Shown here: positions 29,418 to 39,079 of the stretch, one piece after another
Numbering within the stretch: position 1 is the stretch's first letter
How the letters are laid out: every line of letters starts with the position of its first letter
Source: Candidatus Latescibacterota bacterium
GTDB lineage: Bacteria > Latescibacterota > UBA2968 > UBA8231
Assembly (NCBI GenBank): GCA_965243025.1
Contig: CBDETY010000003.1
Location: 6,304,001 to 6,368,000, forward strand
Length of the DNA stretch: 64,000 nt
Direction: 5' to 3'
Position numbers and translations under genes: made by a program
The notes under the pieces: model-generated
The model's database searches: none
Told to the model about the DNA's origin: nothing
What the model saw: only the letters and a program-made list of their open reading frames with translations

Positions 29418-32400
29418 ATGATCCCGGTGAAAACAGGTTTCCCGCGCAAAGCCGTGCGTAGAGCACTCCCCGCAGTCCTCCTGCTGATGCTGGCCCCCCG
29501 GCTGCTCCCGGCCGAGACCATCCCGGCCGGGTTCTTCGCGGGAATCCGGTTCGAGGAGCCGCTGCCCACGGCCTTCGACACCGGGCAGATCCTGCCCCTC
29601 GACGGCAGCGTCGACCAGGACGGGGTCGCCTGGATCCTGTTCCGGTTCCTCCCCATCGGCAGGGGGGAGCAGGTGGATTTCATCACCCCGGTGAGGGAGG
29701 GCCGCTTCGCCAGGGAAATCGTTTTCCCCCATTCGGCGCGCGGGCAGTACAGCCTCGAGATCTTCACGGGCAAGACCAGGGAATCCATGGACTACGTCGG
29801 CCGCTACTACGGCCTCAAGATGCTCCAGGGCAGGGGCCCGGTGATGCTGCCCCGGCGCTTCTTCCCCGGGTTTCTCTTCGACCAGGCGCTGCCGACCCGC
29901 CTGGCAACCGGGGAGCCCCTGCACCTGGCAGGGGAGGTGGAGGATGCCGGGGCGCACAGGGCCCTGGCCTTCAGCTTCTTTTCGCAGGATGGGTCGTCCT
30001 GGACCTCCTTCCTCCTCGTCGAGGAGGGGCGCTTCGAGCGCACCATTCTCGTGCCCGGGGAAGCGGAAGGGGCCACCGGCCTGGCCCTGTACGCCGGCCT
30101 GCGGGAGGGGAACCTTCCCTTTGTCGAAAGCTATCTCCACCTCGAAATCGCGCCCGGGGCCGAACCGGCCGAGGTGCCGCCGCTGTTCTTCGACGGACTG
30201 GCGCTGGACGAACCCCTGCCGGTGAAATGGCCCCTGCGGCGGGCGGTGATCCTGGCCGGAGAGGCGCGTCCCTTCGTGCGCCGGTTCTGGATGTATCTGA
30301 GCCGGCTCGACGGCGGGGAACCCCGCGTGCTCCCGGCCGGGCTGGAGGAAGGGCGCTTCCGCTTCCCGTTACGGCTGACCTCCGGCGAGGAAGGTCCGCT
30401 GCGCCTGTCGGCGGTTATCGAGCTGCAGGACGGCACGACCTGGGAGGCAGGGGAGTTCCTCATCGAGGGGGTGGATCTGCCGCCCCCGGACCTCGAGGTG
30501 GGTGTGGTTGCCCTCGCCCTGCTGGCCGGGAGCCCGGGGAAGGTCCCCCTGTTGAACCGGGGGAGCGGCCCCGTCGCGCTGGAGCCGCCCCGGGTAGAGG
30601 GGCCTTTCGCCGTGGAGGCGTACCCCTCCGTCCTGGAGCCGGGCGAGGCCGGCCGGATCGAGCTGAGCTACGATGGATCGGGCGATGACCAGGGTCTTCT
30701 CACCGTGCTCAGCGACGATCCCTTCCGGCCCCGCGTGTCGGTCGCCCTGTCGGGGCTGGCGGCCCGGGAGGCGGCAACCGAGCTGCTGCACCTGCGGGCC
30801 GATGCATCGGGGCGTATCGAGTCGGGCTTCGATCTCCTGGAACAGGACCTCGTCTTCGCCCTCTATGCGGCTCCGGCAGAGCGGCCCTGGCCGGGGAAGG
30901 TGTACGACATTGCCCTGGACGGCTCGGCGGCCCTGGCCAAACCGGCCGCTTCCCCGCGGGCGGGCCGCCGCGATTCCGTCGAGGCCCGGGCGCGGCGGCT
31001 CGAGCGGGCCCTGTCCCTGCGCCTGCGGCAGACCGGGCTGCCGGCTGGCAAGCCGGCGGGGGTGCAGTACGAGGTCGGAGACCGCCGCTCCTTTTTCTTC
31101 GCGGCCCAGGGAGACGTCCCGGACCAGTCCATCGAGGCCAGGGTGGTGGCCGTCAACGAACGCGCCGTCGCCTTCGTTCAGGAGGACCTGCGGGAGGACG
31201 ACGGCAACATCGGGGAGGAACAGCTGAAGGAGGGCCTCGACCTGTTCGCCGAGGATTACCCGCTCCTGGTCGAGACCTTCGGGGCTCCTTCGGACGTCGA
31301 CGGAGACGGCCGGGTGGCGGTGCTGGTCACCCACCTGATCGAGGACGTCGACGTGGGCGGTCAGTTCCGCGCCTCCTCGGTGCTGCCCCGGCGCTCGGGC
31401 GGAGACGGCAACATGATCGACCTGATGTGGGTGAACCCGCTCTATCCCGCCGAGTCCTTGCGGGCTTTGCTGGCGCACGAGTTCCAGCATCTCGTCAACT
31501 TCAACCAGCACGTCCTGGTGCGGCGGGGGATCAGCGAGGTTTCCTGGCTCAACGAGGGCCTGTCGCACCTTGCGGAGGACCTCGTGGCCGACCACCACGT
31601 CAGCGGCAACTACCACCTGGTGCGCACCTTCCTGGAGGAGCCGGGCGCGGTGGGGCTGGTCGACGGGTACCTGGTCGACTCCCCCACGCGCGGGGCCGCC
31701 TACCTGTTCGTTCGCGGCCTGGTCGACCTGCTGGGGGAGGGGGTGCTGCTGCGCCTGGTGCAGACCGGCCTGGTCGACCGCGACAACGTCGAGGCGGCCA
31801 CCGGGGAGAGCTTTGCCGACCTGATGGCCCGCTGGGGGGCGCAGCTCTACATCAGCGGCACCGGGCTGAGCGGCCACTCCCGGTTCAACTACCGCATCTC
31901 GCCCCTGCAGACTCCGCAGGGCCGGGGCTTTCCCCCGCCCGCCTCGGTGACCTACCGCCTCGGGGAGGAGCCCCCCGGGCTGGCGATCCGGCCCAGGGGG
32001 GTGCAGTTCCTCCGGCTCGAGGGCAGCGAAGCGGCGGCGCTGAGCCTGCAGACCGAGCCGCAGGCCCTGCTTGGCGCGGTTGCCCTGCCGGTTGCCAAGG
32101 CTGCGGCAGCCGCGCCCATGACTGCGGACCACTTCACCGGCATCACCCTCGACCCGCCCCTGCCGCTGCAGCTGGCCACCGGGGAGACGCTGCTGTTTCA
32201 GGGGACCACGGCCGACAGCGTCGAGGTGATCAACCTCGAGTTCGTCCCGGAGGACGGGGGGGAAGCGCAGCGGTTCTTCCTGCTGGTCCGCGAAGGGCGC
32301 TTCCTGCGGACGGTGTTTTTCCAGCACGACGAGGTTTCGACCTACTCCCTCAACGTCTACGTCGACAAGCGCCAGCCGACCCCGTTCGTCGGACGCTTCT

Positions 32401-33083
32401 TCCCGATTCGCCTCGTCCAGGGGCAAGATCCCCTGTTTGCACCGACCCGGTACTTCAACCGGGTGCGGCTCGACAATCCCCTGCCGACCTCGGCGCCTGC
32501 CAACCTGCCCTTCCGCGTCAGCGGGGAAGTGGACGATGGGGAAGCGACCCTGATGGAGTTCTCCCTGTTTCCCCAGGGAGAGGATGGGCAGCGCTCGCGC
32601 AGGGCGGAGAGTTCCCAGGGCCTGCCGGTGGAGGCCGGGCGCTTCGACGGCGAGCTGCATTTCGACGAGGTGCCCCCCGGCACCTATTGGCTGTCGCTGG
32701 ACGTCGGGCAGCCGGGGGATCTGACCTACGTCGGGGCGGTTGTCAATTTCGAGGTCCTCGAACCGGTCACCGCGGTCCTGGAGGAGGGGGAGACCGGACC
32801 GCAGGCCTTTGCCCTGTATCCCAACTACCCCAATCCCTTCAACAGGGGGACGGTGCTCTCCTTCTCCCTGCCGGAAGCCCAGCCGGAGGTCGAGCTGACG
32901 GTGTACGACCTGCTGGGGCAGAAGCTGGCGGTGCTGGTCCGCGGGGCGCGGGGGTCCGGGTTCCACTCGGTGGCCTGGAACGGCCTGGACGATTCGGGAC
33001 GGCCGCTGGCGAGCGGCTCGTACCTGTACCGGCTGCGGGCGGGGCCGCACCGGGCGGTGGGCAAGCTGATGCTGCTGCGCTGA
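29418..33083 (+). CDS. Large secreted zinc metallopeptidase (HExxH, M30-like) with repeated Ig-like domains and T9SS/FlgD-like C-terminus
   Basis: Signal-like N-terminus (start uncertain); FG.PSDVDGDG, LAHEFQHLVNF, SWLNEGLS; terminal YPNYPNPFN...YDLLGQ...SGSYLYRL...KLMLLR. Confidence 0.8.
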   Translation: MIPVKTGFPRKAVRRALPAVLLLMLAPRLLPAETIPAGFFAGIRFEEPLPTAFDTGQILPLDGSVDQDGVAWILFRFLPIGRGEQVDFITPVREGRFAREIVFPHSARGQYSLEIFTGKTRESMDYVGRYYGLKMLQGRGPVMLPRRFFPGFLFDQALPTRLATGEPLHLAGEVEDAGAHRALAFSFFSQDGSSWTSFLLVEEGRFERTILVPGEAEGATGLALYAGLREGNLPFVESYLHLEIAPGAEPAEVPPLFFDGLALDEPLPVKWPLRRAVILAGEARPFVRRFWMYLSRLDGGEPRVLPAGLEEGRFRFPLRLTSGEEGPLRLSAVIELQDGTTWEAGEFLIEGVDLPPPDLEVGVVALALLAGSPGKVPLLNRGSGPVALEPPRVEGPFAVEAYPSVLEPGEAGRIELSYDGSGDDQGLLTVLSDDPFRPRVSVALSGLAAREAATELLHLRADASGRIESGFDLLEQDLVFALYAAPAERPWPGKVYDIALDGSAALAKPAASPRAGRRDSVEARARRLERALSLRLRQTGLPAGKPAGVQYEVGDRRSFFFAAQGDVPDQSIEARVVAVNERAVAFVQEDLREDDGNIGEEQLKEGLDLFAEDYPLLVETFGAPSDVDGDGRVAVLVTHLIEDVDVGGQFRASSVLPRRSGGDGNMIDLMWVNPLYPAESLRALLAHEFQHLVNFNQHVLVRRGISEVSWLNEGLSHLAEDLVADHHVSGNYHLVRTFLEEPGAVGLVDGYLVDSPTRGAAYLFVRGLVDLLGEGVLLRLVQTGLVDRDNVEAATGESFADLMARWGAQLYISGTGLSGHSRFNYRISPLQTPQGRGFPPPASVTYRLGEEPPGLAIRPRGVQFLRLEGSEAAALSLQTEPQALLGAVALPVAKAAAAAPMTADHFTGITLDPPLPLQLATGETLLFQGTTADSVEVINLEFVPEDGGEAQRFFLLVREGRFLRTVFFQHDEVSTYSLNVYVDKRQPTPFVGRFFPIRLVQGQDPLFAPTRYFNRVRLDNPLPTSAPANLPFRVSGEVDDGEATLMEFSLFPQGEDGQRSRRAESSQGLPVEAGRFDGELHFDEVPPGTYWLSLDVGQPGDLTYVGAVVNFEVLEPVTAVLEEGETGPQAFALYPNYPNPFNRGTVLSFSLPEAQPEVELTVYDLLGQKLAVLVRGARGSGFHSVAWNGLDDSGRPLASGSYLYRLRAGPHRAVGKLMLLR

Positions 33084-33088
33084 AGGGG

Positions 33089-34639
33089 CTAAGGCCGCGA
33101 TTCGTGGTGCGGCCACTCCCCCGGCGCCGCGATGCTGTCGACCAGGGCCCTGCGCTCGAAAGCCTGCTCCACCAGCGGCAGGGCGTTGCGCTCGGTCTCC
33201 CACAGCTCCACCGCGGGGTACTCGTCGGCGATAAGGGTCAGCCTCAGGTAGTCCTCCCCCCAGTTGACGATGACGTCGTCGACGACGCCGTTGCGCCCGC
33301 GCTCGAGGTTCTCCGCCAGCCGGAGAATGGCGGCGAGCCGGGTGAGGATGGCCAGATCGTCGGCGTCGAGCAGGGCCTCGTAGGTCGAGATGTCGGGGGA
33401 GCCCTTGCGGTGGTAGCGCGCCAGCAGGCCGATCAGGGCGATCTCCCGCGGGGAAAAGCCGGCCAGCCCGTTGTAGTGGATCAATGTCTGCGAGTGTTTG
33501 TGGTGGCCGTCGTAGGCGATGACGGTGCCGAGGTCGTGCAGCAGGGCCGCCGCGTCGAGCATCTCCCGTTCCCCGGCGCCATACCCGTGCAGCGGGGCCA
33601 GCTGGTCGAACAGGCGTCCGGCGAGGTAGCGGACGTGGTTGGCGTGCTGCTTCTGGTAATCGTAGTTGCGGGCGATGTTGAGGACGCTGAAGCGGCGGAC
33701 GTCGGGGATGACGGGGAAGGGCAGGTGCTGCCAGAAGTGCTCGAAGAAGAGCCCCTCCCGGAGGCCGCACGCCGAGATCGTCAGGTCGTCGAGGCCGAGG
33801 CGGTCGAGGAACGCGGCCAGCACCAGGGCCCCGGCGAGGATGATGTCGGCCCGGTCCGGGCTGATGGGCAGGCCCTGCCGCTGGCGCAGGTCGTACCGGC
33901 AGAAGAAGTCGATCGACTGTTCGACCGAGTCCCGGGTGAGGCGGAAGCCGTGCAGGGTGTTCAGGGGGTAGCGCTGCCTCTCCGCCTCGATCTTGGCGAG
34001 GTTGCGGATGGTCCCGCCCAGTCCCACCAGGGCTTCAGGCTTCCCGAGCCAGGGTATCGAATCCAGCTGCGACTCGATCTCCAGCTCCAGGTTCCGCCGC
34101 TCTTTGGGCGCGACCGGGTCGGAGCGCACGAAGCGCTCGGTCAGGGCGAGGGCCCCGAGGGTGCGCGCTTCCCCGCGGATGTAGCGCCCGTCCCGCACCT
34201 CGCTCACCTGGGCGCTGCCGCCCCCGATGTCGAGGACGACCCCGTCCCGCAGGGTGACGTCGTTGAGGGCGCCGACGGTGCTGTAGTAGGCTTCCCGCTC
34301 GCCGTCGAGAACCCGCAGGTCGAGCCCGATCTCGTCGCGGACGCGCTGCACGAAGGCGCGCCCGTTGGCGGCGTCGCGCACGGCGCTGGTCGCCGTCGAC
34401 AGCACGACCTCGGCCCCGGTGCTCTCGCAGAAGCGCTTGAACAGCCTCAGGGTGGAGATCGCCCGGGCCGCCGCTTCCTCGGCGAGCCCCTTCTTGGTCA
34501 TGCCCTGGCGCAGGCGCACGACCTCGCGGATCTCGTCCTGCAGGCGGTAGGAGTACCCGGGGATGGCGGCGATCAGCACCAGGCGGGCGGTGTTCGAGCC
34601 GAGGTCGATTACCGCGACGTGATTGGGAGGGGCGTTCAT
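33089..34639 (-). CDS. ppx: Ppx/GppA family exopolyphosphatase with HD domain
   Basis: IDLGSNTARL, ATSAVRDAAN, GEREA, DIGGGS, GGTIRN, GLREG, ALLHDLG. Confidence 0.9.
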   Translation of the reverse strand: MNAPPNHVAVIDLGSNTARLVLIAAIPGYSYRLQDEIREVVRLRQGMTKKGLAEEAAARAISTLRLFKRFCESTGAEVVLSTATSAVRDAANGRAFVQRVRDEIGLDLRVLDGEREAYYSTVGALNDVTLRDGVVLDIGGGSAQVSEVRDGRYIRGEARTLGALALTERFVRSDPVAPKERRNLELEIESQLDSIPWLGKPEALVGLGGTIRNLAKIEAERQRYPLNTLHGFRLTRDSVEQSIDFFCRYDLRQRQGLPISPDRADIILAGALVLAAFLDRLGLDDLTISACGLREGLFFEHFWQHLPFPVIPDVRRFSVLNIARNYDYQKQHANHVRYLAGRLFDQLAPLHGYGAGEREMLDAAALLHDLGTVIAYDGHHKHSQTLIHYNGLAGFSPREIALIGLLARYHRKGSPDISTYEALLDADDLAILTRLAAILRLAENLERGRNGVVDDVIVNWGEDYLRLTLIADEYPAVELWETERNALPLVEQAFERRALVDSIAAPGEWPHHESRP

Positions 34640-34663
34640 GGCGGTTGCGTCACCAACGGGCTG

Positions 34664-35626
34664 CTACACCTCGCTCAGGTCGCGGGGGTTCGACCAGGCT
34701 TTGCGGCCGTCGGGGCCGATGACCTCGAAGCGGACCCAGCGCGAGCCGGGGCGCAGCGGGAAGGTCGCCTCCTCGAAGGTCGACCCCCGTTCGCGGTACT
34801 CGGTTCCGTAGGCGTCGTTCACGGCGCGCACCGCCTGCGCCTCGGAGCAGCGCACCGTCGCCTCCACCTTGCGGGAATCCTCACCGTCCCCGGCCGGGAG
34901 CCTCCGCAGCGAGATGTCGCGGATTTCAGGCCCGGTCGTCGAGTAGGTACACCCGCTGTTGAGCGCTTCGAGAACCGCCTCGACGGTCCGTTCCTTCACG
35001 CGCGCCATCGTCCAGCCTTCGTAGGTGTCGCGGCCCTCCGACTCGTCGGCGTGGGAATCGTCGTTGGAAAGGGCGGGGTAGAGCCGGTCCTCCAGGCTCA
35101 TCCAGTCGTCCCAGTGCACGGAGCTGTCGCCGCGGCCTGCCCGGCAGCAGGTGGTGTTGAATACTTCGATGCCCGCCAACCCGTTCAGGGGAACGGTATC
35201 GCGGAGAATGTTGACCGAGCTCCAGTGCGGGTGGGCGAGCCAGACGCTGCCTCCCTGCTCGCGGACCTCGTCGATCACCATCTGCGGCGGCATGCGCCGG
35301 GCGTCCATGTCCTCGTGGATGTTGAGGCAGACGAAGTGGTGGATCTGCCCGCCGAAGGGGTTGGAGGGGTGCAGCTCCGCCCCCTGGATCAGGACGAAAT
35401 CTTCCGGTGCCTCGACGCTGTCGACACGGGTGATGTCGTTGTGGTCGGACAGGCAGAGGTAATCGTAGCCCTGGTTTACGTACCCGTCGAGGCGCTCCTG
35501 CGGGGAGACGCGGCCGTCGGAGTTGGTCGTGTGGCTGTGCAGGTTTCCCTTCAGCCAGAAGTAGTCGTCTCCGTCAAGGGCGAAGGGGTCGACCAGGGCG
35601 TTTTCGGTGTTTTCGGTAGCGGCCAT
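34664..35626 (-). CDS. PHP-domain metallohydrolase (CehA/McbA family)
   Basis: WLKGNLHSHTTNSDG, SDH, AHP, IEVFN, NDDSH, AWSNP. Confidence 0.85.
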   Translation of the reverse strand: MAATENTENALVDPFALDGDDYFWLKGNLHSHTTNSDGRVSPQERLDGYVNQGYDYLCLSDHNDITRVDSVEAPEDFVLIQGAELHPSNPFGGQIHHFVCLNIHEDMDARRMPPQMVIDEVREQGGSVWLAHPHWSSVNILRDTVPLNGLAGIEVFNTTCCRAGRGDSSVHWDDWMSLEDRLYPALSNDDSHADESEGRDTYEGWTMARVKERTVEAVLEALNSGCTYSTTGPEIRDISLRRLPAGDGEDSRKVEATVRCSEAQAVRAVNDAYGTEYRERGSTFEEATFPLRPGSRWVRFEVIGPDGRKAWSNPRDLSEV

Positions 35627-35779
35627 GCTGTCGGTTCACTCCTCTCGGTTGAGGTTGGCGGATCGAATCGGTCTCATGGAAATCCAAGCTATAGCAAGTA
35701 TAGCGGAAAAACTTGACAGGTGTGTGGCGGCGGGCGTTGATCGAGCGTCCACACCAAATATGCACAGGAGGGGAGTGTC

Positions 35780-36862
35780 GTGAGCCGATCGAACGGAAAA
35801 GCGAGAATCGGATTCATCGGAGCCGGGTGGTGGGCGACGAGCAACCACATGCCGGTGCTGGCCGTCCGCGACGACGTCGAGCTGGCCGGGGTCTGCCGCC
35901 TCGGCAGGCAGGAGCTGAACCAGATCCAGGACCGCTTCGGCTTTGCGTACGCCACCGAGGACTACCGCGAGCTGCTCGGGCAGTGCGAGCTCGACGGCGT
36001 GGTCGTCGCATCCCCCCACACCCTGCACTTCGAGCACGCCAGCGCCGCTCTCGAGAAGGGCCTGCACGTGATGTGCGAGAAACCGATCACCACCAGGGGG
36101 GCCGACGCCCGCAGGCTGGTTGAGACCGCGGGCCGCAACGGGCTGCACCTGCTGGTCCCGTACGGATGGCACTACAAGCGCTTCGTGCAGCGGGCCAAGG
36201 CCCTGCTCGACGAGGGGGCCGTCGGCGAGATCGAGTTCGTTCTCTGCCACATGGCCTCGCCGATCCGGCCGCTGCTGCGCGGCGAGGAGTTCAGGGTGGA
36301 CGAGGTCAGCGGCCAGTCGGGCGGCAACATGTTCGACCCGGCCCCCTCGACCTGGGCCGATCCGAAGATTGCCGGGGGCGGCTACGGCCTGGCGCAGATG
36401 TCGCACTCCACCGGGATGCTCTTCTGGCTCAGCGGCCTGGAGGCCCGCTCGGTCTACAGCGTCATGTCTGCTTCAGAGTCGGCGGTGGAGATGTACGACG
36501 CCCTCGCCGTCACCTTCACCAACGGCGCCATCGGCACGCTCAGCGGGGCCGGCACCGTGCCCATGGACCAGACCTTCCAGGTCGACCTGCGGTTCTTCGG
36601 CTCGGAGGGGATGCTGCTTCTCGACTGCGAGCGGGCGCGCATGCACCTGCGCCGCCACGACGGCCGGCACGAGGTCGCCGACGTCGCCGGGGACGCCGGC
36701 TTCTACGAGTGCGACGGCCCGCCGGCGAACTTCGTCGAGCTGATTCTCGGAAAGACGGAGGTCAACTCCGCTCCCGGGGAAGCGGCGATGAGAGGAGCCG
36801 AGACGCTCGACGCGGCGTACCGTTCGGTCGCATCGGGGAAGGCCGAGCCAGTGCGGGAGTAG
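35780..36862 (+). CDS. Gfo/Idh/MocA family oxidoreductase
   Basis: IGFIGAGWWA, ASPHTLH, HVMCEKP, GGG...SH. Confidence 0.9.
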   Translation: MSRSNGKARIGFIGAGWWATSNHMPVLAVRDDVELAGVCRLGRQELNQIQDRFGFAYATEDYRELLGQCELDGVVVASPHTLHFEHASAALEKGLHVMCEKPITTRGADARRLVETAGRNGLHLLVPYGWHYKRFVQRAKALLDEGAVGEIEFVLCHMASPIRPLLRGEEFRVDEVSGQSGGNMFDPAPSTWADPKIAGGGYGLAQMSHSTGMLFWLSGLEARSVYSVMSASESAVEMYDALAVTFTNGAIGTLSGAGTVPMDQTFQVDLRFFGSEGMLLLDCERARMHLRRHDGRHEVADVAGDAGFYECDGPPANFVELILGKTEVNSAPGEAAMRGAETLDAAYRSVASGKAEPVRE

Positions 36863-37019
36863 GTGGGGTGCCGGGTGGACCTGTCCGATTGCGACTGTTC
36901 ACCCCGGTATGTACCGTCGAGTCGGATGAGCAACCCCGCCGGCACTTCCGGAGCCATTGGTCCGGATGCAATGAGTTACAGGAAAAAAGAGGGAAAGGGT
37001 CTGTGCAGGGGAAGGTCGT

Positions 37020-37334
37020 CTACGGAATAGCGAGCGGTTCGATATCCGCCAGCTCGCCTCGATGTCGCTGCTCTGATTCCCAAAGATCTCGTTTGTGTTG
37101 GGCCTTCATCCAAAATTCGGGAGAGTTTCCAAACAAGCGGGCAAGTTTCAATGCCATGATGGGCGAGATGGCGCGCCGTTCCCGCAGAAGCTCATTTATC
37201 GTTTGACGGGATACACCCAATGCCTCCGCAAGGGCAGTCACTGTCAGTGTATAGTCCGGCAGGAAATCCTCACGTAGCATTTCGCCAGGATGAGTTGGCG
37301 GGATGAGGCGTTTTCGTGTATTTGCGATGGCCAT
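37020..37334 (-). CDS. higA: HigA family addiction-module antitoxin
   Basis: PTHPGEMLREDFL, LAEALGVSRQTINEL, MALKLARLFGNSPEFW..Q. Confidence 0.9.
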   Translation of the reverse strand: MAIANTRKRLIPPTHPGEMLREDFLPDYTLTVTALAEALGVSRQTINELLRERRAISPIMALKLARLFGNSPEFWMKAQHKRDLWESEQRHRGELADIEPLAIP

Positions 37335-37346
37335 GGGATGTTCCTT

Positions 37347-37628
37347 TCAGTGATAGTCCGTGATTTCTACGTCGTAAGCGTCCCCGTCGACAAACCGAAA
37401 ACAGATGCGCCATTGTTGGTTGATGGCGATGGCGTGTTGTCCCTTGCGGTCCTTCTTCAACTGGTGCAGGCGGTTGCCAGGTGGAACTCTCAGATCGTTC
37501 AACGTGTTGGCGAGGTCGATGTATTCCAAGCGGCGGATTGCTCTTCGCACCAGGTCAACCGGCAATCTCCTGGATTCGCCAGTGCGGTAAATACGCTGGG
37601 TTTCCCTGTCTGCAAATGTCTTTATCAC
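37347..37628 (-). CDS. higB: HigB (RelE/ParE, plasmid-maintenance killer type) toxin
   Basis: VIKTFADRET, LNDLRVPPGNRLHQL, IAINQQWRICFRF, VEITDYH; GTG start. Confidence 0.9.
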   Translation of the reverse strand: MIKTFADRETQRIYRTGESRRLPVDLVRRAIRRLEYIDLANTLNDLRVPPGNRLHQLKKDRKGQHAIAINQQWRICFRFVDGDAYDVEITDYH

Positions 37629-37634
37629 CGACTG

Positions 37635-37664
37635 AGTGTAATGTGTAACGTGACACATTGTCAA
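37635..37664 (-). promoter_or_regulatory. higBA promoter with palindromic operator, probably leaderless
   Basis: TTGACA-18-TACACT with AATGTGT-aacgtg-ACACATT in the spacer; the GTG start is 6 nt after the -10. Confidence 0.7.
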
Positions 37665-37724
37665 GGTGGAATTCCATCTTCGGCGACGTTACCAGAGATG
37701 AACTAATCAAATGACGCGGAAGGA

Positions 37725-38234
37725 ATGAACAAGATTGCCGTAAGAACATCGACATTGCACGGGCAGGGAGTGTTTTCGACGGTCCATTTACGCCGGTGCG
37801 AGGTCATTCATCGAATCGACGATACCCGGGTCGTTGACGAAGAACATCCGCTCAGGCCAGACTTGGGCGAAGATCCGATCCAACGAGACTGGCTGCCGGA
37901 TGGCACCACCGTGCTGATGAAAAAGCCCGCAGGTTTCTTTAACCACTCATGCGACCCGAATGTTTTCGTGTATTCTGTTGACAGGCAGCGATTTGTACTA
38001 GCAATGCGAGACATTTTGCCGGGCAAGGAACTCTTTTTTGACTACTCGCTGAATGCCGTGAATGGTGATGTCTGGGAGTGTCGATGCGGGGCGGGCAACT
38101 GCCGACGACGCCACAAGTGCGACTTCTTCTTCCTACCGGATTCTCGAAAGCGAGATTACTTGCCTTTTCTGGATCCTTGGTTCGTAGAAGTCCACCGGCC
38201 TCTTATTCTCGAGCTTCTTGAACGCTCCTGTTAG
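37725..38234 (+). CDS. SET-domain protein-lysine methyltransferase-like protein
   Basis: LHGQGVF, FNHSCDPN, A.RDI.PG.EL..DY, post-SET CRCGAGNCR. Confidence 0.88.
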   Translation: MNKIAVRTSTLHGQGVFSTVHLRRCEVIHRIDDTRVVDEEHPLRPDLGEDPIQRDWLPDGTTVLMKKPAGFFNHSCDPNVFVYSVDRQRFVLAMRDILPGKELFFDYSLNAVNGDVWECRCGAGNCRRRHKCDFFFLPDSRKRDYLPFLDPWFVEVHRPLILELLERSC

Positions 38235-38342
38235 CGTTCCGTTCCGAAGAATCGGTTTCACGAAAGGGGCATAACAGGGACGGCGCAATAGCGCCTTCGC
38301 CCCACGCTGCGCGGCTCGGGCACGGAAGGAATACGGAGATCA

Positions 38343-38768
38343 ATGGAAAACGAACTTTTCGATATTTGCTGCGAGCGGAATCCACCTCCGGAGGATCAAC
38401 GCAGACGGCTTGTCACGGCGCTGAAACAGGGCGCGGACCTCCACGCTGACGACAAGAATGGGGTCACCGCCCTACACCATGCTGTACGCTTCAGAAGCCC
38501 GGCGGCAGTCAAGACCCTTGTCGAGCACGGTGCCAACGTCAACCGTGCCTGCCTCCGAAATGGTTCGACACCACTCCACCGTGCGGTGACGCAGACGGGC
38601 GCTCCCGGTACAGCCGGAAGGGCTCAAGCTGCCCGGGAAATCGTGGAGATTCTTCTCGCCGCGGGAGCCGACCCTTCGATTGCCAACAAGCTTGGGAAAA
38701 GACCCGTTGACTATGTAACAGAGGAACCGATCAAGTCGATGCTCAGCAACAAGGATAGTGTCGCATAA
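38343..38768 (+). CDS. Ankyrin repeat protein
   Basis: GVTALHHAV, GANVN, GSTPLHRAV, LLAAGADP. Confidence 0.88.
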   Translation: MENELFDICCERNPPPEDQRRRLVTALKQGADLHADDKNGVTALHHAVRFRSPAAVKTLVEHGANVNRACLRNGSTPLHRAVTQTGAPGTAGRAQAAREIVEILLAAGADPSIANKLGKRPVDYVTEEPIKSMLSNKDSVA

Positions 38769-38901
38769 CAACCCTGATTGTTTCCGGGAGTCAGGAGTTC
38801 CATTGTGGCAGGACTTTCGACGTTCGGCCGCGGAAACGTCAGAGGAAACAGAAACAAGATACCAGATAATCGAAAAGGTGATGCTTTAAGGTGATGCTTT
38901 A

Positions 38902-39015
38902 ATGAAATGGGCCGATCGTTTGGCGCAGGTCAGGATTCGGCGACTCTATCGGTCCGCCGTACTGGGCATTTACGATGAAGAAGCCCTCCAGGAGGTCGGG
39001 TCGGCTCTCCATCGA
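38902..39015 (+). pseudogene. N-terminal fragment of a hypothetical protein
   Basis: MKWADRLAQVRIRRLYRSAVLGIYDEEALQEVGSALH with AGGTG RBS; coding character is lost at a GC palindrome (TTCGCCGCGGCGAA). Confidence 0.4.
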
Positions 39016-39079
39016 CCGCTCCCCGGCTTCGCCGCGGCGAAACGGTGGCGGCAACCCCCCAATCCCACCAAAAGTCATA

